Assembly (NCBI GenBank): GCA_963804645.1
Contig: CAWDRG010000001.1
Coordinates: forward strand, 96,001-160,000
Source: an uncultured Bacillota bacterium
Lineage (GTDB): Bacteria > Sysuimicrobiota > Sysuimicrobiia > Sysuimicrobiales > Segetimicrobiaceae
Length of the DNA stretch: 64,000 nucleotides
Reading direction: 5' to 3'
The notes beneath the pieces were generated by a model. The model was not told the origin of the DNA. It saw only the letters and a program-made list of their open reading frames with translations, and made no database searches. Each line of letters starts with the position of its first letter. Within the stretch, counting starts at the first letter, position 1. Positions 30,391 through 40,133 of the stretch are shown here, piece by piece. A program made the position numbers and the translations under genes.

Positions 30391-31251
30391 ATGAACATCG
30401 TCATCGTCGGCGCGGGCGGCCAGCTCGCGAGCGATCTCGTTCCGGCGCTGGCCGGGCACCGTGTCGTCCCGCTGCCCCATGCCGACCTGGACGTCTGCGA
30501 CGCGCCGGCGGTCCGCGCACGGCTCACCCGCGAGCGTCCGGACATCGTAATCAACACCGCCGCGTTCCACCGCGTCGACGAGTGCGAGCGGTCTCCCGAC
30601 GTCCCGTTCCGCGTCAACGCGATCGCCGCGCGCGATCTGGCCCGGGTGTGCGCGGATCTCGATAGCACGCTCGTGTCCTTCAGCACGGACTACGTCTTCG
30701 ACGGCCGGCAGCGCCGGCCGTATACCGAGGACGACGCGCCGAACCCCTTGAACGTCTACGGCGTCACGAAGCTCGCCGGCGAAAGCTTCATCCGGGCGCT
30801 GTGTCCCAAACACTTCGTGGTGCGCACGACCGGGCTGTACGGCGTCACCGGGGCGAGCAAGGACGGCGGCAACTTTGTGGAGACGATGATCCGCCTCGCA
30901 CGGGCCGGCACGCCGATCCGGGTCGTCACCGATCAGATCCTGACGCCGACCTACACGCGGGATGTGGCGCAAACCGTGGCCGAACTGGTGCGGACCGACT
31001 CCTACGGGCTGTACCACGTGACGAACGGCGGCGCGTGCTCGTGGTACGAATTCGCGGACGCCGTCTTCACGGCCCTCCGGCTGACTCCCGACCTGACCCC
31101 GACCACCGCCGCGGCCTACGGCCGCGCCGCCCGGCGTCCCGCCTACTCCGTCCTCGCCCATCACCGGCTGCGCGCGATCGGCCTGGAGGATCTCCGCCCC
31201 TGGACGGACGCGCTGACCGCCTATCTGCGCGAAAAGGGTCATCTGACCTGA
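30391..31251 (+). CDS. rfbD: dTDP-4-dehydrorhamnose reductase
   Basis: GAGGQLA, STDYVFDG, PLNVYGVTKLAGE, DQILTPT and RPAYSVL. Confidence 0.93.
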   Translation: MNIVIVGAGGQLASDLVPALAGHRVVPLPHADLDVCDAPAVRARLTRERPDIVINTAAFHRVDECERSPDVPFRVNAIAARDLARVCADLDSTLVSFSTDYVFDGRQRRPYTEDDAPNPLNVYGVTKLAGESFIRALCPKHFVVRTTGLYGVTGASKDGGNFVETMIRLARAGTPIRVVTDQILTPTYTRDVAQTVAELVRTDSYGLYHVTNGGACSWYEFADAVFTALRLTPDLTPTTAAAYGRAARRPAYSVLAHHRLRAIGLEDLRPWTDALTAYLREKGHLT

Positions 31252-31298
31252 CGGCGCGGCGGGACGACGCGGCTCGCGCCGCGCCGGATGGACGCGAC

Positions 31299-31342
31299 AC
31301 ACGACGCGAAGCGGTGGGGGTTCCCACCGCTTCGCGTCGTGT
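31299..31342. terminator. Perfect 20-bp hairpin between convergent genes
   Basis: ACACGACGCGAAGCGGTGGG-GGTT-CCCACCGCTTCGCGTCGTGT. Confidence 0.7.
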
Positions 31343-31381
31343 CTCCTGCGTAATCCCGGGTCGAGCGGGTTTTGGGTCCGA

Positions 31382-31957
31382 TCAGGCGTGCGCGGCCCCG
31401 GACGGTCCGGCCACCCGGCCGGCCACGGTCGCGAGCATGATCCACGCCCATCCGCGGAAGATCAGGTTGATCCCGACCGCCAGCCCGATGAAGTACAGTC
31501 CCGAGAACGGCCACTGGTACCACAGCAGAACACCCAGCAGCGCGGTGACGATGCCCGCGAGGATCGGCCACACCATGTGCGGCGGCTTCAGCCGAATCGT
31601 GCCGAAAATCTCAAAGAGCCCCGCCACGAGGAAGAACGCTCCGAGAAAGAGCGTGAGCGAGGCGGCGCCGACCAGGGGATTGGCGAGGAACAGGACGCCG
31701 ACCACAAGGTACAGCAGGGCGGCAAGGAGATGGAGGAAAAACCCGCCCCAGCGGTGTGTTTGGAAGCCGTGCACGATCTCAACCACGCCGGCGATGACCA
31801 GCAGCCATCCGAAGACCAGGACGGACACCACCGTGGTGAAGACGTCGTAACTGATCGCGAGGACCCCAAGAATCAACAGGACGATCCCCAGCACCAAAAA
31901 CCACCCGCGATGCTCCCGCACGGCCTCAGCATTGACCATCCCTAGATTGGAGATCAT
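31382..31957 (-). CDS. HdeD/DUF308 family membrane protein
   Basis: GWFLVLGIVLLILG, FGWLLVIAGVVEIVHGF and GLAVGINLIFRG. Confidence 0.9.
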   Translation of the reverse strand: MISNLGMVNAEAVREHRGWFLVLGIVLLILGVLAISYDVFTTVVSVLVFGWLLVIAGVVEIVHGFQTHRWGGFFLHLLAALLYLVVGVLFLANPLVGAASLTLFLGAFFLVAGLFEIFGTIRLKPPHMVWPILAGIVTALLGVLLWYQWPFSGLYFIGLAVGINLIFRGWAWIMLATVAGRVAGPSGAAHA

Positions 31958-32098
31958 CCCTCACCCCCCGGTCTAATCCGCTGGCCCGGAGCACATCACG
32001 CCCCGGATCCAGCGCGTCCCACCGCCCGTCGCGCCCGCATCCGGCCGTCGCCGACCACAGCCTGCGGGACACAAGTCTATCTTACACCTTTCTGCCGC

Positions 32099-32548
32099 TT
32101 AGTGAACGTTCCAGTGCGAGGCCGGCATCGCCTTGTCCAGCCCGCGCACCAGGTTCGACGCCCACTGACTTGCGAGCTGAAGGGCATCGGCCATCTGCCC
32201 CATCGCGTCCGCCGGCGTGACGGTGACCACCAGGTACGTGGGGCCCCCCGTGAGGTCTCCAACGGTGATCACCGCGCTCGAGCCCATGGCGGTCGCGTTG
32301 ACGAAGACGGTCTTGCTGCTGTTGAACCGTTGGATGCTGAGGATGTTGACGATCCGCTTCCGCACAAACACGATCCGCTGCGCCGCGGTAAATCCGCCGG
32401 CCCCGTGTGTGATCCGGGCCCAGACCACATCGCCGAGGATGAGATCACTGGGATCCGCAACCGCCGGCTGCCAGAGCCCCGCGACCAACGGAACCGCCAC
32501 CAACGCCACCACGAGCACCATGCCAAACCATTTGCGAAGGCCTTGCAT
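32099..32548 (-). CDS. Secreted hypothetical protein
   Basis: GGAGGG RBS, N-terminal signal peptide, plausible globular mature part. Confidence 0.7.
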   Translation of the reverse strand: MQGLRKWFGMVLVVALVAVPLVAGLWQPAVADPSDLILGDVVWARITHGAGGFTAAQRIVFVRKRIVNILSIQRFNSSKTVFVNATAMGSSAVITVGDLTGGPTYLVVTVTPADAMGQMADALQLASQWASNLVRGLDKAMPASHWNVH

Positions 32549-32825
32549 CAGTATTCCCTCCCTCGCTTGCGGCGGTGGTGCGACGCACAAATCCGCTGCG
32601 TGCACCTGCCATTCGGCAATGCCGCTCTGACGCTCCCATGCTACTCCATCGAGGCGGTGCTGCGCGCCTAACCAAAGTATAAAGTGGGGTATGACGAGGA
32701 TGCCGGCCTCGAACAGGGCTGACCGGCGCGATACCCGGCCGGCCCCGGGTCGGGATCACCCGCGGGCCGCTCGCACCCGATCTGCTGTTCGACTCCACCC
32801 GGTGGCGCGCCCGGCCGGATCGGGA

Positions 32826-32862
32826 ATTAACGGCGAAACGGCGGGGAACCCGCCGCTTCGCC
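32826..32862 (-). terminator. Terminator hairpin after the exporter operon
   Basis: GGCGAAACGGCGGG-GAA-CCCGCCGCTTCGCC, followed on the minus strand by GTTAATT. Confidence 0.55.
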
Positions 32863-32884
32863 CTGCGGTTCCGGTCGACCGCCC

Positions 32885-34102
32885 CTACTCGTACCGCAGC
32901 GCGACGATGGGATCGAGCGCCGCCGCCCGCTCCGCGGGGTAGAACCCGAACACCACGCCCACCACGAGCGATGACACAAACCCCAAGACGATCGAGAACC
33001 CGGACACGAGCACCGGCCAGTGTGCGAGGGCGGATGTCGTCTCGGCGGTGGCGAGCCCCATCGCGATGCCGATCAGCCCGCCGAGACACGCGAGGGTCAG
33101 CGCCTCGACTAGAAACTGCAGCAGGATGTCGCGACCCCGGGCGCCGACGGCCATGCGCAGGCCGATCTCGCGGGTGCGCTCGGTGACGGACACCAGCATG
33201 ATGTTCATGATGCCGATCCCGCCGACGACCAGCGAGACGACGGCGATGCCGGCGAGCAGCAGCGCCTGCGTCGCCGACGTGGCGAGCCGGACCTGCTGGA
33301 CGTCCGCGATGTTCCGGACGGAAAAGTCATCCGGCTGCGCCGCGGCCAGATGATGCCGGAGCCGCAGCAGGCGCTCCGTCGCGTCCGCGACCCCCGCGAC
33401 GCCCTCCGAGGTGGCCGCCGAGACGAAAATGGTGTTGACCCAGCTCTGCCCCGTCAACCGGTCCTGCAGCGTCGTGATCGGCACCATCACGACGTCGTCC
33501 TGGTCCTGGCCGAACCCGGACTGCCCTTTCGCGGCGAGGACGCCCACGACGCGGAAGGGCACGTTCTTGATGATGACGGTCGAGCCGACGGCGCCGCCCC
33601 CGGGAAACAGGTTGGTGTTCACGGTGTCGCCGAGCACGGCGACCTTCGCCCGCTGGTCGACCTCGGACTGGGTGAAGAACCGTCCCTGCGCGACCGGCCA
33701 ACTCCGCACGATCGTGTACGAGGGGGTCGTGCCCCCGATCCGGGTGTACCAGTTCAGCCCGGCGGAGACGACCTGGGCGCTCGTCGACGAGTACGGGGCC
33801 GCCCCGGCCACGTCCGGGACGATCTGCGCGATCGCCGTCACGTCGGGCAGCGTCAGCGTCGTGCGGCTGCCGGTGCCGAGGCTGACCCCGCCGCTCGAGA
33901 TCGCGCCGGGGATGACGACGATCAGGTTCGCCCCGAGGCTCTCGATCTGCGCCAGCACCGCGGCCTGCGCCCCGGCGCCGATGGCCATGGACGTGATCAC
34001 CGCGCCGACGCCGATGATGATGCCGAGCATTGTCAGAATCGATCGGGTGACGTTGCGGCGGAGCGCCTGCCAGGCGATCCGCATCAGGCCCATCAGATTC
34101 AT
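32885..34102 (-). CDS. MacB/FtsX-like ABC exporter permease
   Basis: RSILTMLGIIIGV, VGGIGIMNIMLVSVTERTREIGLR and LDPIVALRYE. Confidence 0.94.
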   Translation of the reverse strand: MNLMGLMRIAWQALRRNVTRSILTMLGIIIGVGAVITSMAIGAGAQAAVLAQIESLGANLIVVIPGAISSGGVSLGTGSRTTLTLPDVTAIAQIVPDVAGAAPYSSTSAQVVSAGLNWYTRIGGTTPSYTIVRSWPVAQGRFFTQSEVDQRAKVAVLGDTVNTNLFPGGGAVGSTVIIKNVPFRVVGVLAAKGQSGFGQDQDDVVMVPITTLQDRLTGQSWVNTIFVSAATSEGVAGVADATERLLRLRHHLAAAQPDDFSVRNIADVQQVRLATSATQALLLAGIAVVSLVVGGIGIMNIMLVSVTERTREIGLRMAVGARGRDILLQFLVEALTLACLGGLIGIAMGLATAETTSALAHWPVLVSGFSIVLGFVSSLVVGVVFGFYPAERAAALDPIVALRYE

Positions 34103-34926
34103 GCGCGCACCTCCGGCGCACTGACTTCGGCCAGCGCTGCGGTCCGCACCGCCGCCGGGATGACCTCCGCGGACGGGCGGTCGTCGATGATCAGGCCATC
34201 CTTGAACGTGACCACCCGCTTGGTCCACGCGGCCACGGTGATGTCGTGGGTCACCACGACGACCGTGATGCCGTGGTCGCGGTTGAGCCCGCGGAACAGC
34301 GCCATGATGTCGGCGCTGCTCGCGCTGTCGAGGTTGCCGGTCGGCTCGTCCGCCATGAGCAGCGGGGCGTTGTTCGCGAGGGCGCGGCCGATCGCAACGC
34401 GCTGCTGCTGGCCCCCCGACAGTTCGCTCGGCAGGTGATCGAGCCGGTTCCCGAGCCCCACCTGCTGGAGCACCTCCACCGCGCGGCGCTTCCGCTCCTG
34501 CGCGGGCACACCGGCGTACACCATCGGCAACTCCACGTTCTCCTCCGCGCTCGTGCGCGCCAGCAGGTTGAAGCTCTGGAACACAAATCCGATCCGCTTG
34601 TTGCGGACAATCGCGAGCTCGTCGCGGCCGAGCCGGGAGACCTCCTGCCCGGCCAGCGCATACGTGCCCGACGTCGGGTGATCGAGGCACCCGAGCAGGT
34701 GCATGAACGTGGACTTGCCGGACCCCGACGGTCCCATGATCGCGACGAACTCACCCGTCCGAATGGTCAGGCTCACGCCGCGCAGCGCGTGGACGGCCAT
34801 GTCGCCGGTCCCGTAGACCTTCGTCATGTCGTGGACCTCGATCAGGACCTCGGCCGCGGCCCCGCCGTTTCCCGGCGCGCGTGCGCCGGCCTCCGCCGTG
34901 GCGCCGATCGGCGTGCGCGCGTTCAT
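34099..34926 (-). CDS. MacB/LolD-like ABC ATPase
   Basis: GPSGSGKST, IGFVFQSFNL, LSGGQQQR and ADEPTGNLD. Confidence 0.95.
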   Translation of the reverse strand: MNARTPIGATAEAGARAPGNGGAAAEVLIEVHDMTKVYGTGDMAVHALRGVSLTIRTGEFVAIMGPSGSGKSTFMHLLGCLDHPTSGTYALAGQEVSRLGRDELAIVRNKRIGFVFQSFNLLARTSAEENVELPMVYAGVPAQERKRRAVEVLQQVGLGNRLDHLPSELSGGQQQRVAIGRALANNAPLLMADEPTGNLDSASSADIMALFRGLNRDHGITVVVVTHDITVAAWTKRVVTFKDGLIIDDRPSAEVIPAAVRTAALAEVSAPEVRA

Positions 34927-36425
34927 CGCCCGGCACCTCCGCCGCCCGCTCCACCGGCACCACCGCCGCCCGCCCCGCCGGCACTTCCGCCGCCGGTTGA
35001 CCCGCGCGGCGCGGCGCCGACCCGCTGCGCGATGATCACGTCAGTACCTTCCGACAGCTGACCGCTGAGGATCTGGATGTTTTGATTGTCGGACGCCCCG
35101 ATCACGATCCGCACGGCGGCCGGCCGCCCGGCGCGGAGGACCCAGACCGTCACGGTCGACCCGGGAGCGCCGGCCACCGGCGCGCTCGGGCCTCCCTGGG
35201 TCGTGCCGCTCTGCACGAGACCGCCGGCGGCCGAGGCGCCGCCCGCCGCGCCGCGCGAGAAGGTCGGGCGATACAAGACCGCCGCGATCGGGACGGTCAA
35301 CACGTGCTTGGCGCTCCCGGTGTCAATCGTGACCTGCGCAGTCATCCCGGGGAACAATCGGGCCGACGTATCGTGCACGGCCACGACCGCATCGTACGTG
35401 ACCACGTTCTGCACGATGGTCGGGTTGATGCGGACCTGCTGCACGGTCCCCTGGAACGTCACGTTCGGATACGCGGTCACGGTGATCTGCGCCGCGTCGC
35501 CCATTTTCACGCTGCCGATATCGGCCTCGTCGACCGACGTATCCACCTGCATGTCCGCCAGGTTCGTCGCGATGGTGAACAGGGTCGGCGTCGAGAGCGA
35601 CGCGGCGACGGTCTGCCCGACCGTGACGTTCCGGGCCATCACGATCCCGTCCACCGGACTCTTGATGATCGTCTGGCTGAGGTTGTACTGCGCCTGATGC
35701 AGCTGCGCGGCGGTCGCCGCGACCTGGTGGACGGACGCGCTCGCCTGAGACGACGACGTCCCCACCTGCTCGCGCGCGGCCTGCAGTTGGGACGCGGCCG
35801 CCTGCACCTGCGCCTGCGCGACCTGCACTGCCGACTGGGTGGCGCGGACGTTCGACGTGTCGGTCGACACCGCCGTCTGGTCGGCGTCCATCTGATTCTG
35901 GGGAATGTAGCCCTGCTTCAGCAGCTCGGCGTCGCGCTGCACGGTCGTGTTCGCGAGCTTGAGCGTCGCCTGCGACCCGGCCGCATTCGCCTGCGCGCTG
36001 CGGAGCGACGCCTGGGCCTGGGCGAGGGTGGCCGTCGCCGTCTGCACGGCCGCCTGGGACTGCGAGATGCCGTTCTGAGTCGCCGCGGCGGTGGACTGCG
36101 CCGCTTCCATGTTCGCGCTGTCCTGCGCGACCGACGCCTGGAACTGCGTCGGATCCAGGGTCGCCAAGACCTCGCCCGGGGTAACCTTGGAGTTGTAGTC
36201 GACGTTCAGCGTCGCGATCGTACCCGACACCTGCGTCCCGATCTGAATCTCGTTCACCGGGTTGACCGTGCCGGTCTCGCTGACCGTCGACGTCACGTCC
36301 GCGTACGCGACCTTGGCCGTGACGTAATTCACCCGGGTGCGGCGGCCGGTCAGCTGCCGGTAGCCGTAGACCGCGCCGCCGACCACGACGACCGCGATCA
36401 GCACCATCACGATGATGCGACGCAT
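34923..36425 (-). CDS. MacA-like periplasmic adaptor (membrane fusion protein)
   Basis: N-terminal TM, GTQVSGTIATLNVDYNS, long Ala/Gln hairpin, SPVDGIV and GQTVAASL; alternative start at 36446. Confidence 0.93.
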   Translation of the reverse strand: MRRIIVMVLIAVVVVGGAVYGYRQLTGRRTRVNYVTAKVAYADVTSTVSETGTVNPVNEIQIGTQVSGTIATLNVDYNSKVTPGEVLATLDPTQFQASVAQDSANMEAAQSTAAATQNGISQSQAAVQTATATLAQAQASLRSAQANAAGSQATLKLANTTVQRDAELLKQGYIPQNQMDADQTAVSTDTSNVRATQSAVQVAQAQVQAAASQLQAAREQVGTSSSQASASVHQVAATAAQLHQAQYNLSQTIIKSPVDGIVMARNVTVGQTVAASLSTPTLFTIATNLADMQVDTSVDEADIGSVKMGDAAQITVTAYPNVTFQGTVQQVRINPTIVQNVVTYDAVVAVHDTSARLFPGMTAQVTIDTGSAKHVLTVPIAAVLYRPTFSRGAAGGASAAGGLVQSGTTQGGPSAPVAGAPGSTVTVWVLRAGRPAAVRIVIGASDNQNIQILSGQLSEGTDVIIAQRVGAAPRGSTGGGSAGGAGGGGAGGAGGGGAGR

Positions 36426-36442
36426 GCGTGCTCCTCCGCCTG

Positions 36443-37867
36443 TCATGACGTGCCTCCCACCGTGCTGCTCAGGATTGGCAGCCCTTGCGAGTTCTGCAGG
36501 GCCGCGAGCGCGCTTTCGTACGTGTACAGTGCGGTCACCGCGGCCACGTCGGCCTGGGCCGCGGTCGTCTGGGCGGTCGTCACCTGGAGAAACGTCGTCA
36601 CCCCGGCGCGGTACTGTCCCTCCGCCACCTGCAGCGCCTGGTCGGCCGCCTGCGCGGCCGCCTGGGTCGCCGTCACGTTCGCCGCGTCCTGCACGGCGGT
36701 CAGATACGCCTGGTACGCGTTCTGGCGGATGGCCAGCTGCGTCGAGCTGAGCTGCGCCTGGGCCTGCTGCAGGCTCGCCTGGGCCTGCTGAATCTCCGCC
36801 TTACCCTTGCCGGCGTCGTACAGGGGAAGGCTCACGGTCCCAGCCAGCCCGTACGACGCGGAGTTGTTGGAAAACTGGTTCGAGCTGTACGGCGTGTAGC
36901 CGGCGTTCAGCGAGACGCTGATCTGCGGGCCCGCAGTGACCTGCGCCTGCTGGACCCCGGCCTGGGCACTGGCCACCTGCGCCTGCGCCACCGCGATCTC
37001 CGGCCGGTTGGCCAGCGCCTGCTGAATCACCGTGGTCGAGGTCACCGACACCTGCGTCGGGGGCGCCGGCGGCTGCTGCACCGCCACGTCCGCGGTCACA
37101 TCGGCGCCGAGCACACCCTGCAGCGTCGACTTGTTCGTGGCGATCTGCGACTCCGCGCTCAAGAGATTGACCTGCGCCTGCGCGACCTGCGACTGCGCCT
37201 GAATGACGGCCGATTGCGCGGCGACCCCCGCGGCGACCTGCGCCTGGACCAGCGCCAGCTCGTCCTGCGCCTGCTTCAGCGCCGCCTGCTGCACGGTCGT
37301 CTGCTGCTCGGCGCTCAGGACGCTGAAGAAGGCCGTCGCGGTCTGAAGCTCGATGCTCTGCTCGGTCTGCCGGAGCGCCGCCTGGGCGTTTGCGAGCGTC
37401 GCCTGGGCCGAGGCGACCGCCGCCTGGGTCTTGCCGCCGTCGTAGAGCGGCAGGCTGCCGACGATCCCCACCGAGCCGCTGCTCTGCGCGGCCGGCAGGA
37501 CCGTGCTCACCCCGTTGACGTTTTGCGTGGTCGTGGTCCCCTCCCCGCCGGTCCCCTGGACCGAGATCGTCGGCGCCAGTCCGGTGCGTGCGACCGCCAC
37601 GCCCTGGGTGGCCGCGGTCACCGCCGCCTGGGCGGCGACGACCTGCGGGTTGTCGGCGAGCGCGGTCTTGATCGCCTGGTCGAGCGTCAGCACCGGTCCG
37701 CCGGGCGCCGGGGACGCAGGGGCCGGGGCGGGCGCGGGATAGGGTGCGGCTTGGGCAGAGACACCGCCCGAGCCGGGCGCGGCGGCGAAGGCCGCGGCGC
37801 CCGGCCCCGCCAGCTCAACTATCACGGCCAGGGCCGATACGATCGCGACGAACGCGGCGCGTTTCAT
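36443..37867 (-). CDS. TolC family outer-membrane efflux protein
   Basis: LTLDQAIKTALADNP, two SLPLYD(G/A)G repeats, signal peptide. Confidence 0.92.
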   Translation of the reverse strand: MKRAAFVAIVSALAVIVELAGPGAAAFAAAPGSGGVSAQAAPYPAPAPAPASPAPGGPVLTLDQAIKTALADNPQVVAAQAAVTAATQGVAVARTGLAPTISVQGTGGEGTTTTQNVNGVSTVLPAAQSSGSVGIVGSLPLYDGGKTQAAVASAQATLANAQAALRQTEQSIELQTATAFFSVLSAEQQTTVQQAALKQAQDELALVQAQVAAGVAAQSAVIQAQSQVAQAQVNLLSAESQIATNKSTLQGVLGADVTADVAVQQPPAPPTQVSVTSTTVIQQALANRPEIAVAQAQVASAQAGVQQAQVTAGPQISVSLNAGYTPYSSNQFSNNSASYGLAGTVSLPLYDAGKGKAEIQQAQASLQQAQAQLSSTQLAIRQNAYQAYLTAVQDAANVTATQAAAQAADQALQVAEGQYRAGVTTFLQVTTAQTTAAQADVAAVTALYTYESALAALQNSQGLPILSSTVGGTS

Positions 37868-39018
37868 GTGCCCTCCTGAAGGCGCATTGGCAGTCGAACG
37901 GTGAACGTGCTGCCGGCACCGGGCGTGCTCTCCACGGTCACCCGGCCGTGATGGGCTTCGACCAACGACTTGACGATCGCGAGCCCGAGGCCCGTGCCCC
38001 CGCTGGCCCGGGCGCGCGACGGATCGGCCCGATAGAAGTGCTCGAAGATGTGCGGCAGGTCGGCCGCGCCGATGCCCCGGCCGGTGTCGGCGACCTGGAA
38101 CCGCAGCCCCCCGTCCTCCGCCCGCAGCGTGATCTGCACCGTGCCGCCCGCCGGCGTATACCGGAGCGCGTTTTCCACGAGATTCTGCACGATCTGACGC
38201 AGGCGGTCCGGATCCGCTTCCACGGGCGGCAGATCGGAGGGAATGGCCGTCCGCACGGAGATGCCGCGGTCCTGGAACGACGGGGTGAACGCTTCCACGG
38301 TCTCGGTGACGATCGCGGCGGCGTCGGTCGTCGTCGGATGCAGCTCCAGCTGGCCCGCCTGCGCGAGCGACAGATCGCGCAGATCCGTGATCAGCCGGCG
38401 CAGCAGGAGCGTCTGGCTGTGCAGCGCGGCGATCCGGTCCGGGGTCGCATCCACCACGTGATCGAGCATGCCTTCGAGCGTCCCCTGGATCACGGAAAGC
38501 GGCGTCCGCAGCTCGTGCGTGATCCCCGCGAACAACTGCCGGCGCTGCTGTTCATCCAGCTCGAGCTGGGTGGCCATGCGGTTGAACGCCCGCCCCAGAT
38601 CCGCGATCTCGTCGGGACCGGCGACCGGCACGGGGACCGGCGACCGGCCCTGGGCGATCGCCCGGGCGCCCCGGGTGAGCTCGGTCACCGGACGCACGAT
38701 CCGCCGAGCGAGCCAGAGCGCGACGAGTGCCCCAAGGCCCGCGGCCAGGGCCGTGCCGCCCCAGATCGCGAGCGTGATGCGCCACTGGAACGTGCGCTCC
38801 CGGGCCCCGAACCGGCCGCGCGGCCGTCCCGGCGCGGTCAAGACCGCCGGCGGGGTCGGCGCGCTGATCCCGGGTGCGCCCTGGGGCTCCGCCGGGCGCT
38901 CGACGTACTGGCGAAACGTCGAGCGCGCGGTGTAGGTGGCGAAGGTGGCGGCCAGCACGGTCGCGAGCACCGCGATCCCGATGAACGCCGTGATCAGCTG
39001 GACGCGCAGGCTACGCAC
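37864..39018 (-). CDS. HAMP-domain sensor histidine kinase (BaeS-like)
   Basis: DEIADLGRAFNRMA, HELRTPL, NLVENALRY and GGTGLGLAI. Confidence 0.94.
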   Translation of the reverse strand: MRSLRVQLITAFIGIAVLATVLAATFATYTARSTFRQYVERPAEPQGAPGISAPTPPAVLTAPGRPRGRFGARERTFQWRITLAIWGGTALAAGLGALVALWLARRIVRPVTELTRGARAIAQGRSPVPVPVAGPDEIADLGRAFNRMATQLELDEQQRRQLFAGITHELRTPLSVIQGTLEGMLDHVVDATPDRIAALHSQTLLLRRLITDLRDLSLAQAGQLELHPTTTDAAAIVTETVEAFTPSFQDRGISVRTAIPSDLPPVEADPDRLRQIVQNLVENALRYTPAGGTVQITLRAEDGGLRFQVADTGRGIGAADLPHIFEHFYRADPSRARASGGTGLGLAIVKSLVEAHHGRVTVESTPGAGSTFTVRLPMRLQEGT

Positions 39019-39700
39019 GGCGATCCTCGCCGCCGGCGAACTTGTAGCCGACGCCGTACACGGTCACGATGTACCGGGGCATCCGCGGGTCCGGCTCGAC
39101 CTTGCTGCGCAGATTCTTGATGTGCGCGTCCACCGTCCGCTCGTACCCTTCAAACGCGTGCCCCTGGACGCGATCGATCAGCTGCATCCGGGTGAACACT
39201 TGATTTGGGTGGCTCGCGAGCGTCTCGAGCAGCCGGAACTCCGTCGGCGTGAGGTCGACGAGCCGGTCGGCCAGCGTGACCTCATGCCCCCGCAGATCGA
39301 TGGTGAGGTCGCCCGCGTGAATGACGGTCGCGCCCTCGCGGGACCCCCGGCGCAGCACGGCGCGCACCCGGGCGACGACCTCCCGGGGGCTGAACGGCTT
39401 GGTGATGTAGTCGTCGGCGCCGAGCTCGAGCCCGAGCAACTTGTCGGTCTCCTCGTCGCGCGCGGTCAGCATGATGATCGGCGTCGTTCCCTCGGCGCGG
39501 ATCCGCTTGCACACCTCGCGTCCGTCGAGCCGCGGCAGCATCACGTCCAGCAGCACCAGGTCGGGGGGTTGATGCCGCAGCGCCTCCAGCGCCGCCTCCC
39601 CATCGGGGGCATGCTTCACCGTGAAGCCGTCTCGCTCCAGGTACGAGCGCAGCAGGTCCACGATCTGAGGCTCATCGTCGACAACAAGAATCGTGGGCAT
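39011..39700 (-). CDS. OmpR/PhoB family response regulator
   Basis: ILVVDDEP, GADDYITKPFS, RTVDAHIKNLR and TVYGVGYKF. Confidence 0.95.
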   Translation of the reverse strand: MPTILVVDDEPQIVDLLRSYLERDGFTVKHAPDGEAALEALRHQPPDLVLLDVMLPRLDGREVCKRIRAEGTTPIIMLTARDEETDKLLGLELGADDYITKPFSPREVVARVRAVLRRGSREGATVIHAGDLTIDLRGHEVTLADRLVDLTPTEFRLLETLASHPNQVFTRMQLIDRVQGHAFEGYERTVDAHIKNLRSKVEPDPRMPRYIVTVYGVGYKFAGGEDRRA

Positions 39701-39890
39701 GGTCGCGACCCCCCCAGGCGAGAGCTGCCGAACGCGTACGGTATTCGTTTGACTCAGCATCGTCGAACTCCCCTCTCGCATCGCCCTACCGGAGCGCCGC
39801 GGCCGCGCTCAAAGCCGTCTTCCCCGACCGGTCCCGCACCTCGATCTCTCCGTCGGACGCCGCGCGCCCGTGCCGAACTCGGTCGCCCTC

Positions 39891-39933
39891 AGTGTAGGAA
39901 TCGCGTGAGAAGAACTAATGAACGGGGGGTGAA
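39891..39933 (-). promoter_or_regulatory. Four 11-bp-phased TTC repeats plus -10 TACACT (probable OmpR-family binding sites)
   Basis: Minus strand TTCACCCCCCG-TTCATTAGTTC-TTCTCACGCGA-TTCCTACACT, upstream of the response regulator. Confidence 0.55.
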
Positions 39934-39948
39934 TTGGTCGTGAAACGG

Positions 39949-40131
39949 CTAGCGGGCGTCCCGACGGCGCGGCCGGGGCACGAGCTCGCCCCCGCAGTTC
40001 GGGCACACCTGGGACAGCTCCGCGGCGCACGTCAGGCAGAAGGTGCACTCGAAGCTGCAGATCAAGGCGTCGCCGTCGCCCGGCAGCGCGCGCCCGCACC
40101 GCTCGCAGACGGAACGCATCTCCAGGGCCAT
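39949..40131 (-). CDS. DUF1272 family Cys-rich small protein
   Basis: MALEMRSVCERC...ICSFECTFC..C...CPNCGGELVPRPRR. Confidence 0.9.
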   Translation of the reverse strand: MALEMRSVCERCGRALPGDGDALICSFECTFCLTCAAELSQVCPNCGGELVPRPRRRDAR

Positions 40132-40133
40132 CG

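Noticed and set aside
34923..37867. CAG/GCG-rich quasi-repeats as a repeat array
   Set aside because: They encode the Ala/Gln coiled coils of the adaptor and TolC
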